From a candidate division WOR-3 bacterium (GTDB lineage: Bacteria; Hydrothermota; Tepidihabitantia; Tepidihabitantales; Tepidihabitantaceae), in the NCBI GenBank assembly GCA_039801225.1, contig JBDRUH010000003.1, positions 1 through 57,244 of the forward strand: a DNA stretch of 57,244 bases, written 5' to 3'. The position numbers and the translations under genes were made by a program. The notes beneath the pieces are model-generated. The model ran no database searches, was not told the origin of the DNA, and saw only the letters and a program-made list of their open reading frames with translations. The stretch's first letter is position 1, and each line of letters starts with the position of its first letter. Below are positions 45,586 to 53,791 of the stretch, in pieces.

Positions 45586-47127
45586 TTACCAGATTGCTCG
45601 GTCAAAACTACGATACTGCACCGCCTCAGTTAAATGACTGGGCTGAATTTCCTTAGAACCTTCAAGGTCAGCGATGGTACGGGCAACCTTGAGTACTCGG
45701 TGATAGGCACGGGTGGAAAGTCCGAGGCGGTCAATAGCAGCGCGGAGAATTTCATCTCCTTGAGCGGTTGTTGAACAGAAGCGTTTAATAAGGGCTGGGC
45801 TCATCTGACTGTTGGCGTAAACCTTACGGCGCAGGTTAACACCTTGAAAGCGCTCATGTTGAATCGCGCGGGCACGTTCTACTCTTTGCCGGATTGCCGC
45901 CGACTCCTCTGCTGGTCTTTTTGATGCCACTTCCGCATATTTCAGCGCCGGGACCTCTATATGGATATCAATCCGATCAAGAAGAGGTCCAGAAATGCGG
46001 CTACGATACCGCCTTATTTTTAAAGGTGTGCAGGTACAGGTGTGCCTTGGGTCGCCATAGAAGCCACAGGGACAGGGGTTCATTGCTGCCACCAGCATAA
46101 ATCGAGCTGGAAAAGTTAAAGTTGAACGAGCCCGACCAATAGTTATCTCACCATCCTCCAGCGGTTGACGCAAAGCCTCAAGGACATCCCGGTGAAATTC
46201 GGGCAGTTCATCAAGGAAAAGAACACCGTTATGGGCGAGTGAGGCTTCACCCGGTCTTGGGACCGTTCCGCCACCAATCATGCCGGATTCCGATATATTA
46301 TGATGAGGTGAACGGAACGGTCGTGTGGCGACGATTGGTAGACCAGCGGGAAGGGTACCGGTAACGGAGTGAATCTTAGTCGCCTCAAGCGCCTCATCAA
46401 GGGTAAGTGGCGGCATAATTGTTGGCAGGCGCCGGGCAAGCATCGTTTTACCGCTGCCCGGTGGACCAAGCAATAGAACATTATGGTTACCAGCAGCGGC
46501 AATCTCCAGGGCACGTTTGGCGTGGGCATGACCATGAACTTCTGAAAAATCAATTCCGAATGTACAACATTGAGAAAAAAGTGTTTGGACATCGGTCCGA
46601 ACCGGTGTTACCGGTTCCAGCCCTTTGAGAAAATTTAAAGTTTGGATTAATGAAGAAAGGGGATATACTGGGACTCCTTGGACCAATGCCGCTTCAGAGG
46701 CATTCTGCTCCGGGACAATCATCCCTTTGGTATTAGCATCACGGGCAGCCAGCGCCATCGCCACCGCCCCTTTTATCGGTCGTAAACTGCCATCAAGAGA
46801 AAGTTCACCGGTGAGGACATAGCCACTAAGCGCGGCAACAGATAGTCCGCCACTGGCAGCGATGATACCCACCGCGATCGGAAGGTCAAAAGCCGGTCCT
46901 TCTTTTTTAATGTCCGCGGGCGCGAGATTAACGGTAATACGGCGATTGGGAAAGAAAAGCCCGGAGTTTTTGATTGCCGCTTGAACCCGATGCTGAGACT
47001 CCTTGACTGCGGTGTCTGGTAGTCCAACAATATTAAACACCGGGATACCCGGGGCGACATCGGTTTCCACCGATACCAAAAAACCGTCAATGCCAAATAC
47101 TGCACTGGAGAGAACAGTCGCTAACAT
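45586..47127 (-). CDS. comM: YifB/ComM family AAA+ ATPase
   Basis: VGLPD.AVKES, NLAPA, GPPGSGKT, RPFRSPHH, FLDE, NPCPCG and SGPLLDRID motifs. Confidence 0.93.
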   Translation of the reverse strand: MLATVLSSAVFGIDGFLVSVETDVAPGIPVFNIVGLPDTAVKESQHRVQAAIKNSGLFFPNRRITVNLAPADIKKEGPAFDLPIAVGIIAASGGLSVAALSGYVLTGELSLDGSLRPIKGAVAMALAARDANTKGMIVPEQNASEAALVQGVPVYPLSSLIQTLNFLKGLEPVTPVRTDVQTLFSQCCTFGIDFSEVHGHAHAKRALEIAAAGNHNVLLLGPPGSGKTMLARRLPTIMPPLTLDEALEATKIHSVTGTLPAGLPIVATRPFRSPHHNISESGMIGGGTVPRPGEASLAHNGVLFLDELPEFHRDVLEALRQPLEDGEITIGRARSTLTFPARFMLVAAMNPCPCGFYGDPRHTCTCTPLKIRRYRSRISGPLLDRIDIHIEVPALKYAEVASKRPAEESAAIRQRVERARAIQHERFQGVNLRRKVYANSQMSPALIKRFCSTTAQGDEILRAAIDRLGLSTRAYHRVLKVARTIADLEGSKEIQPSHLTEAVQYRSFDRAIW

Positions 47128-47501
47128 TAGAAGGCGCCTATAATATGTTCAATCTCGGGGTGGGAAGAAAAGAAAGATAGTGTTAGGACATCAAAACGAA
47201 CCGGTTGCGATTCCAGATTATTTTTTATCAGATACTCCCAAGCCGCCCGGTGAAGGTGGTTCTGTTTCCGAGAAGTAACCGCCTCAGATGGCGTTCCGAA
47301 CTTTTCTGAAGTGCGAGTTTTCACCTCCACGAATACTATCGTCTTGCCATCCTGGCAGACAATATCAATTTCGCCATGCCGACAGCGATAGTTAGTTTTT
47401 AAAATCTTATACCCAATTTGGGTGAGAAATTTTTGGGCAAACTGCTCGCCGGTCTTACCCAATAATTGGTGTTTAGTTTTGAGCTCTTGGTTTTTACCCA
47501 T
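47127..47501 (-). CDS. yraN: YraN family endonuclease-like protein
   Basis: G..GE, GEID, FVEVKTR and RFDV motifs. Confidence 0.92.
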   Translation of the reverse strand: MGKNQELKTKHQLLGKTGEQFAQKFLTQIGYKILKTNYRCRHGEIDIVCQDGKTIVFVEVKTRTSEKFGTPSEAVTSRKQNHLHRAAWEYLIKNNLESQPVRFDVLTLSFFSSHPEIEHIIGAF

Positions 47502-48171
47502 AAATTTGACCTTGAACCGGCCGACGGCCGACGGCTGACAGCCGAGAGCCGTGAAGGTAGAGCAGGCTTTTTACCGGTTCAAAACTACGCCGGTGGATAG
47601 GCGATGGACCTAATAATTTTAATGCCGCAAGATGTTGGGGTGTGCCATAACCTTTATGCCGGGCAAGTTCATACCCAGGAAAAAGTTTATCCATTTTCAT
47701 CATCAACTCATCCCGATACACCTTGGCGACAATTGAAGCGCAGGCGATGGAAAGACTCTGCTGGTCGCCCCGAATAATTCCTTCGCAAGGAAATTCTAAC
47801 CCGGGGATTTTTGCGCCGTCAACAAGAACTATAAAATCGCTGTCAATTGAAAAACCGATTTTTTTCTGGAGTCGCAATACCGCTTGACGCATAACATAAA
47901 ATGTGGCATTGACAATATTGACTCGGTCAATAAAGTGGTGGCCAACTGCCGCAACCGCCCAAGCGAGTGCCCGCGATTTTATTACCGCTGCCAGTCGGCA
48001 TCTTTTTTTCGGGGAAAGTAACTTAGAGTCACGGACACCAGGAATTCTGATATTAAGTGGTAACACCACCGCTGCTGCCACAACCGGTCCGGCAAGTGCA
48101 CCACGCCCCACCTCATCCACACCGCAGATAATGGTGTTACTTCGCCACAGTTTTCGGTCCAGATTCCTCAC
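47494..48171 (-). CDS. rnhB: Ribonuclease HII (C-terminal heptamer tail at 47521-47551)
   Basis: [22 protein letters not shown] and HRRSF motifs. Confidence 0.96.
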   Translation of the reverse strand: MRNLDRKLWRSNTIICGVDEVGRGALAGPVVAAAVVLPLNIRIPGVRDSKLLSPKKRCRLAAVIKSRALAWAVAAVGHHFIDRVNIVNATFYVMRQAVLRLQKKIGFSIDSDFIVLVDGAKIPGLEFPCEGIIRGDQQSLSIACASIVAKVYRDELMMKMDKLFPGYELARHKGYGTPQHLAALKLLGPSPIHRRSFEPVKSLLYLHGSRLSAVGRRPVQGQIYG

Positions 48172-48523
48172 CGCTCTTCAGTTCCTTCAGCACCGCCTCC
48201 CGACCGGTCTTCTTTCGGAGATAATAAAGTTTTGCCCGGCGGACTTTACTCTTCCGGCGGATATTAATCTTGGTAATCACCGGGGAGTAGACCGGAAAGA
48301 TTCTTTCAATTCCGATACCTTGACTCACACGACGAACAGTAAAGGTTTTTCCTGCACCTCTGCCGCGAATGGCAATTACCGTGCCACGAAAAATTTGGGT
48401 TCTTTCTTTGTCGCCTTCGGCTATCCTTAAGTGGACATCAACCAGGTCTCCCGGTGCGGGAACTACTCTTTCAACTTCTCCTTTTTCAGATTCTAAGGGG
48501 GCTTTCTTCGGTTGATTTGTCAT
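48137..48523 (-). CDS. rplS: 50S ribosomal protein L19 (likely start ATG 48523)
   Basis: GD.V.V, EG.KER.Q.F.G, TFTVRR, G.ER.FP..SP and [10 protein letters not shown] motifs; GAGGAG SD. Confidence 0.95.
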   Translation of the reverse strand: MTNQPKKAPLESEKGEVERVVPAPGDLVDVHLRIAEGDKERTQIFRGTVIAIRGRGAGKTFTVRRVSQGIGIERIFPVYSPVITKINIRRKSKVRRAKLYYLRKKTGREAVLKELKSGEESGPKTVAK

Positions 48524-49355
48524 TATTTTTCTCCTCTCCCTCGGCTCCGTCATTCCGACCTCGGCTGACGGCTGTCGGCTGTCGTCCGGAATCGGGCGCC
48601 CGATTTGAGCGGCTGTCAGCCTGGTCGCTCGGGACATGTTTTAAGATTTTTTGAACAAACTCCTTTTCCTCTGGGGTTAAAGTAGCAAACTTTAACAAGT
48701 CAGGCCGACGCCGGGCGGTAATCATTAGAGACTGCTGGCGGCGCCAGTGGGCAATTGCTGAGTGGTTACCGGATAAGAGAACCTCCGGAACAGCAACTCC
48801 TCGGAACTCTCGCGGACGGGTATAGAGCGGTGCTTCCAAGAGACCATTGGTAAACGAGTCGGTCGCGACCGACTCTTCATCATTGACGACACCGGGGAGA
48901 AGCCGGGCGATGGCTTCAATTATTACCACCGCCGCTGCTTCTCCCCCGGCGAGCACATAATCGCCGATTGATATTTCCTCATCAATCAGCAAAGTGCGAA
49001 TTCGCTCATCAACGCCCTTATAGCGACCGCAGATAAGAATAATTTGAGGCAGTTCCCGAAACCGGTAGGCCATTTTTTGGTCAAACCGATTTCCCTGAGG
49101 TGAAAGAAGAATTACCCGAGAAGTAGCATTCCGGACGCTTTCCACCGCCTGGAAAACCGGTTCCGGTTTCAGCACCATTCCGGCTCCGCCCCCGAAAGGA
49201 TAATCATCTACCGTGCGGTGAATGTCGGTAGTGAAATCTCGGGGATTAACCAGAAAAACCTCCAGAACACCCTTTTCTCGGGCAATCCGGGTCGGTCCGC
49301 AATTAATTGGACCGGTAAAAAACTCCGGGAATATTGAAATAATATGAATCTTCAC
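48486..49355 (-). CDS. trmD: tRNA (guanine37-N1)-methyltransferase with repeat-derived C-terminal extension
   Basis: [34 protein letters not shown] and L.SGNH motifs. Confidence 0.97.
   Translation of the reverse strand: MKIHIISIFPEFFTGPINCGPTRIAREKGVLEVFLVNPRDFTTDIHRTVDDYPFGGGAGMVLKPEPVFQAVESVRNATSRVILLSPQGNRFDQKMAYRFRELPQIILICGRYKGVDERIRTLLIDEEISIGDYVLAGGEAAAVVIIEAIARLLPGVVNDEESVATDSFTNGLLEAPLYTRPREFRGVAVPEVLLSGNHSAIAHWRRQQSLMITARRRPDLLKFATLTPEEKEFVQKILKHVPSDQADSRSNRAPDSGRQPTAVSRGRNDGAEGEEKNNDKSTEESPLRI
48537..48621 (+). repeat. Composite palindromic module plus 53-bp heptamer/palindrome module, inside the trmD 3' end
   Basis: ccctcggctccgtcattccga followed by 48569-48621 (50/53 identical to 18353-18405). 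Confidence 0.9.
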
Positions 49356-49420
49356 CTCTGGGAATTACCTCATTTAATTCTTACCGTTATAAGTAAGCCG
49401 CTTAGAGGAGCAAGAGCGAT

Positions 49421-49651
49421 TTACTCGAGGATTTCGAGTTGTGCCCGTTTACCCTGCTTCATCGCCGCTGCCGAGATAATCGCTCGGATTGACTTTGCGG
49501 TCCGACCTTCTTTGCCGATGACCTTACCCAGGTCACCCTGACCAACACGCAGTTCGTAGATCAGCGTCTTTTCGCCCGCGACCTCTTTAACCTGAACCTG
49601 GTCAGGATGGTCAACAAGGGCTTTCGCGATGTATTCGATCAGTTCTTTCAT
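49421..49651 (-). CDS. khpA: KH-domain RNA-binding protein
   Basis: LVD.PD, D.GKVIGK.GRTA..IR motifs. Confidence 0.93.
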   Translation of the reverse strand: MKELIEYIAKALVDHPDQVQVKEVAGEKTLIYELRVGQGDLGKVIGKEGRTAKSIRAIISAAAMKQGKRAQLEILE

Positions 49652-49663
49652 GATGCCTCCTTT

Positions 49664-49975
49664 TTAGTTTGTAGATTCTCGTGGTGTTATGAGATCAGGT
49701 TTTACCCCGTCCGAAGTATTATCCCCGGAAAGGGAAACCTGGCTTCTCTTACGGTAATTTTTGATTAACTTCTCTACTGTGTTTGAAAGTTGAGCACCTC
49801 GGGATACCCAGTAGTCTATCCGTTCCAGATTAAGTGCCAGAACCTTTCGGCGCGGGTCGTAATGGCCGAGTGCTTCAAGATAATGGCTATCTCGTGCCCG
49901 ACGGGAGTCAATTGCGACAACCCGATATGAAGGTTTGTTCCGAACACCCATTCGTCTAAGGCGTATTCTTACCAA
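49664..49975 (-). CDS. rpsP: 30S ribosomal protein S16 (likely start TTG 49975)
   Basis: VRIRL.R.G, YRVV..DSR..RD, G.YDP and W...GAQ motifs; AAGGAG SD; TTGACA-16-TATCAT promoter at 50010-50037. Confidence 0.96.
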   Translation of the reverse strand: MVRIRLRRMGVRNKPSYRVVAIDSRRARDSHYLEALGHYDPRRKVLALNLERIDYWVSRGAQLSNTVEKLIKNYRKRSQVSLSGDNTSDGVKPDLITPRESTN

Positions 49976-50103
49976 ATGCAACTCCTTTTCTATAGCATAA
50001 TCTAAAATTATGATACCAAAAAAATTATTATTGTCAACTAATTGTATAGGTCAAATATATCAGCGACATTTTAGTTTTTCTGCAAGTATTTTAGTTATTG
50101 CCC

Positions 50104-50470
50104 AATTGCTTCGCGGTATTTGCTCTGGCGAAAAAAGGAACTCCTCCGCCGAGCATGCCCATTAGCGGAGTGATTACTCCACTCGCCAAAGCCTGCCCCG
50201 AACCGACGCCAGTAAATCCTAATTTCAAAGCACTAAATCCTAAACAATTTCTAATACCCCAGAATCCCAATTATCAAAACATTTTGGATTTAGAACATTG
50301 GAGCTTTGAACTTGTTTAGAATTTAGGATTTCGGATTTAGAGTTTCTCATAAATAGGGGATTGCTTCGGGCAAAGCCTGCCCCGAGCGAACAGAAAGGGA
50401 TTCCTCAGCAAGCTCGGAATGACCGGAGCCGAGGAGGGCCAGAATGACGGGGGGATGGGGCGCAATGACA
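50104..50470 (-). repeat. Composite palindromic repeat containing copy 3 of the ~170-bp element (50191-50361), inverted relative to 18029-18347
   Basis: Reverse complement matches 18092-18291; perfect 15-bp direct repeat caaagcctgccccga at 50187-50201 and 50371-50385. Confidence 0.92.
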
Positions 50471-50559
50471 AAAGGCTTTAGCCTTATTCTTATGTCCCGA
50501 GATACGCTCCTTTTCTGTTTTTATAGTTCTCAGTTTGTATCTAAACCGTTTGGAGAGAA

Positions 50560-50799
50560 ATACAGATGGTAATAAAAGGGTTAATTGATGGGTTAAGAGG
50601 AGAATAATTCCGATGATGATTTGGCGGGTTTTTACCGGGATTACCTATCCAGTTATGTCCGTAATCAAAATTAGAGCGACTTAAAATATTACTACCAAAA
50701 TTATTTGGGAGATAGTCTAAAGAACTATGTGCAGGGCGATTTTGGTGATTACATAAATTATAACTTAACAGGTAATCAAGGGGGCTACCTGGGGGCTGG
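50560..50799 (+). repeat. Degenerate 12-nt-period array, 20 units (8 variable nt + RYtA)
   Basis: Hand count: position 9 purine 19/20, position 10 pyrimidine 19/20, position 12 A 17/20. Confidence 0.75.
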
Positions 50800-50874
50800 G
50801 GTCTAAAATTCTAAATAATTACTATAATACTTTAAAAATCAATGAGATAGCCAATAAAAACCCTGTGGCAATTT

Positions 50875-50892
50875 TTCTACCTATAGGTAGAA
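50875..50892. promoter_or_regulatory. Perfect 18-bp palindrome ttctacctataggtagaa upstream of hsp20 (candidate operator)
   Basis: Self-complementary sequence read directly. Confidence 0.45.
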
Positions 50893-51057
50893 TTTTTGCG
50901 TGGCAAAAATAGCCCAAATCGCAACATTTTTATCAAACTTCACTATCCAATGTTTCATATCTACATTAACTTTTCCACCTAATAACCCCCCAGTCTGAAT
51001 CCTAACCATTTCTCAACAGTCTAAAAATATGGAAACCAAAAAAAGGAGGTGGTAAAA

Positions 51058-51507
51058 ATGGCAAAGCATCTAACGACTTGGGACCCATTTCGGGAAATGG
51101 TTTCGCTCCGGGATGAGTTGGACCGGTTGTTTGATTCGGTATTTGGACGCTTTCCACGCGAGCGAGGAGAGGCTTATTGGACTCCACCGTTAGATATTGA
51201 GGAAACTGAAGATGCGATAATTGTCCGGGTGGAACTGCCGGGTATGAGCAAAGAGGACATAAAGGTTAACCTCTCCGGTGACACACTCACAATATCCGGG
51301 GAACGCAAACAGGAGATGGAGAAAAAAGGTAAGACCTACTACCGAATTGAGCGTGCCTATGGAAAATTCCAACGCACGGTTACACTGCCGGCAGAGGTGG
51401 AAGGTGATAAGGCTAAAGCCTCCTATAAAAATGGGGTTCTGGAGCTGAACCTCCCGAAATCGGAGAAGTCAAAGGCGCGCGAGATTACCATCGTCGCCGA
51501 AGATTAA
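51058..51507 (+). CDS. Hsp20/alpha-crystallin small heat shock protein (start ATG 51058)
   Basis: P.DI.E, ELPG....I.V, L.ISGER, ER.YG.F.R...LP and A.Y.NGVL...LPK motifs; AGGAGG SD. Confidence 0.95.
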   Translation: MAKHLTTWDPFREMVSLRDELDRLFDSVFGRFPRERGEAYWTPPLDIEETEDAIIVRVELPGMSKEDIKVNLSGDTLTISGERKQEMEKKGKTYYRIERAYGKFQRTVTLPAEVEGDKAKASYKNGVLELNLPKSEKSKAREITIVAED

Positions 51508-51516
51508 ATCTTGCCC

Positions 51517-51545
51517 AGCGGGTGGGTCATATTGACCCACCCGCT
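51517..51545 (+). terminator. Intrinsic terminator-like hairpin after hsp20
   Basis: 13-bp stem agcgggtgggtca-tat-tgacccacccgct followed by an AT-rich tract. Confidence 0.75.
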
Positions 51546-51619
51546 ATATTTCTTATAATTTGACAGAAGGTTTAAATTTTGTTAATGTCCAGAAGTTTTA
51601 AATATAAAAAGGAGGCATA

Positions 51620-53764
51620 ATGCGTAAAATGTTTATAGTTTTTTTGGGTTTGAGCGCTCTGCTCTGGGCAAGTCCAAGTGATAACAATACTGTTACTATA
51701 CAGCCACAAAAGAGTAGCGAATCGTCCGCGGTCTATCCTCTGCTTGTAACCGCACTTCCTTTTAGCATCACCATTCCTAAAATCCTTTCATATCAGGGCA
51801 AACTGACCGATGCCTCGGGGAATCCAGTTCCTGACACAACCCATCAGATCACCTTCCGGCTTTATACCCAAGAAACTGGTGGCACCCCCTTCTGGAGTGA
51901 AACACAGGTGGTAACACCTAAAAATGGGTTGTTCTCAGTTCTTTTAGGCTCGATTACACCCATTCCCTCAGTCCCTGATAATGGTCAACTTTATCTAGCA
52001 ATGGCAATAGAAGGAACCGAACTGTCGCCAAGATTAAGAATCGGTGCCGCAGCCTACGCCTTTCTTACTGAACGGGCAGCAAATGCCGACAGCGCCCAGG
52101 TGGCAAATAACGCCCATCGTCTGGAAAATAACGCCCTAACTGACTTAGACAACCGTTATGTAAATACTAACGAAGCAAACTCAGTTACATCAGCGATGAT
52201 TATTGATGGCACAGTTGTGCGTGCTGATGTAGTCGGTAATTTTAAGGCGCCCTATGCCGATACCGCCGATTACGCCAAGGTAGCACCTGCTGTTGACAGC
52301 GCTAATGTTTCGGCAAACAGCCATCAATTACAAGGAAAAGACACCCTCGGGTTAAGCACCAAGTTTGTTGACGAGGGACAACCAAACTCTATTACATCTA
52401 CGATGATTGTCAATGGCACGATAGTCCGGACTGATGTTGCAAGTAATTTTAAGGCGCCCTATGCCGACACCGCCGATTACGCCCATACCGCTCCAGCGGT
52501 GGACAGCGCCAATGTGGCGGGAAACAGCCATAAACTTCAAGGCAAGGATACCTTAGGATTAAGCGCCAAGTTTGTTGACGAAGGACAACCAAACTCTATT
52601 ACATCTACGATGATTACCAACGGCACAATCTTGGGCGCGGATATTAATCAAATGGATGCCGCCCCTGGGCAGGTGCTAAAATGGACCGTTAATGGCTGGA
52701 TGCCAAAGGATGATAGTGTTGGCGGAGACAGAGCATGGATGAGAAGCACACCTCCGGACTCGGTCATCTATACATTTAACCAGTTAGGAATTGCCCGAGG
52801 TAAGTCTGGTAATATGCTTTATGGGTTCTACAAGTATACCCATACCAACTTCGGTGTTGCCTGCACAACTGGAGCAGAAGGCTTTAATAGATACTATTGC
52901 ACGGTTGGCGGCGGGCTTCATAACATCGCCTCAGGTGAAGCCGCGGTTATTTCTGGTGGCAGTTATAACACCGCATCAGATTGGTACTCTGCGGTAAGCG
53001 GTGGAACAGGAAATGCTGCATCGGGGCGGTATTCTTATATCGGCGGCGGTTATGCTGACACCGCTGCCGGCTATGCGGCAACAATTGGTGGCGGTTACGC
53101 CAACACCGCAAAGGACTCTGCCGCAACAGTGGCTGGTGGTCGTTTCAACCTCTCTTCAGCCCCTTATGCTTGTGTTGGTGGAGGTTATGCTGACAGTGCT
53201 TCAGGTTATGCTGCCATTGTCCCTGGTGGCTGGCAAAATTCAGCAAGAGGCGCTTTCAGTTTTGCTGCCGGTAGGTATGCCCGCGCCAATCATAATGGCA
53301 GTTTTGTCTGGAGTGATTCCGCACCTTCCGCCGATGATTCGGTATACACCGAAGGCGCAAATCAGTGGCGGGTAAGAGCTCGAGGCGGGGCCTGGTTTTT
53401 CTCCAACTTGGCGATGGATGCTGGTGTGGTGCTTGAGCCAGGTTCAAACTCCTGGTCTTCAGTTTGCGACAGTCTCAATAAGGAGGATTTCCGAGAAGTT
53501 GATAAGCGTTTGCTTCTTGAGAAAATCGCCTCTCTCCGCATCAGAAACTATAAACTTCGCTCCCAGAATAACGGCACAAGGCATATCGGACCGGTAGCAC
53601 AGGATTTTTACAATGCGTTCGGCTATGGCGAAACCAATACCGCGATAAATATGGCTGACGCCGATGGAGTTCTTTTTGCTGCGATTCAGGCACTTTACGA
53701 AGAAAATCAGGAGTTACGCAAAGAATTGGCAGCGTTAAAGGTAAAGATAGAACAAATGAAGTAA
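51620..53764 (+). CDS. Secreted fibre-like protein with beta-helix G-rich repeats and C-terminal peptidase S74 (intramolecular chaperone) domain
   Basis: Signal peptide; YQGKL.D..G N-terminal domain; GG..N.A repeats; CD...K, HIGP.AQDF..AFG and DGV..AAIQAL motifs; terminal coiled coil. Confidence 0.8.
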   Translation: MRKMFIVFLGLSALLWASPSDNNTVTIQPQKSSESSAVYPLLVTALPFSITIPKILSYQGKLTDASGNPVPDTTHQITFRLYTQETGGTPFWSETQVVTPKNGLFSVLLGSITPIPSVPDNGQLYLAMAIEGTELSPRLRIGAAAYAFLTERAANADSAQVANNAHRLENNALTDLDNRYVNTNEANSVTSAMIIDGTVVRADVVGNFKAPYADTADYAKVAPAVDSANVSANSHQLQGKDTLGLSTKFVDEGQPNSITSTMIVNGTIVRTDVASNFKAPYADTADYAHTAPAVDSANVAGNSHKLQGKDTLGLSAKFVDEGQPNSITSTMITNGTILGADINQMDAAPGQVLKWTVNGWMPKDDSVGGDRAWMRSTPPDSVIYTFNQLGIARGKSGNMLYGFYKYTHTNFGVACTTGAEGFNRYYCTVGGGLHNIASGEAAVISGGSYNTASDWYSAVSGGTGNAASGRYSYIGGGYADTAAGYAATIGGGYANTAKDSAATVAGGRFNLSSAPYACVGGGYADSASGYAAIVPGGWQNSARGAFSFAAGRYARANHNGSFVWSDSAPSADDSVYTEGANQWRVRARGGAWFFSNLAMDAGVVLEPGSNSWSSVCDSLNKEDFREVDKRLLLEKIASLRIRNYKLRSQNNGTRHIGPVAQDFYNAFGYGETNTAINMADADGVLFAAIQALYEENQELRKELAALKVKIEQMK
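52178..52645 (+). repeat. 207-nt (69-aa) tandem intragenic duplication, two full units plus a partial unit
   Basis: Units start at 52178, 52385 and 52592 (NS(V/I)TS(A/T)MI...FVDEGQP). Confidence 0.92.
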
Positions 53765-53791
53765 CAACGGAGGAAGCACTTAAGGGAGGCG

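Noticed and set aside
48524..48637. N-terminal extensions given by the ORF track for rplS (similarly nfnB, punA, rodA, hicB, ridA, rsfS, PHP, hsp20)
   Set aside because: Downstream starts fit SD position and/or family N-termini better; the extensions run through repeats, promoters or upstream genes.
52178..52645. Diversity-generating retroelement TR/VR pair
   Set aside because: Copies are tandem and in frame, differences are not confined to adenines, and no reverse transcriptase is present.
51620..53764. Prophage tail-fibre locus
   Set aside because: It has a signal peptide and host-type promoter, and neighbours are hsp20 and a PorU-like gene with no phage genes.
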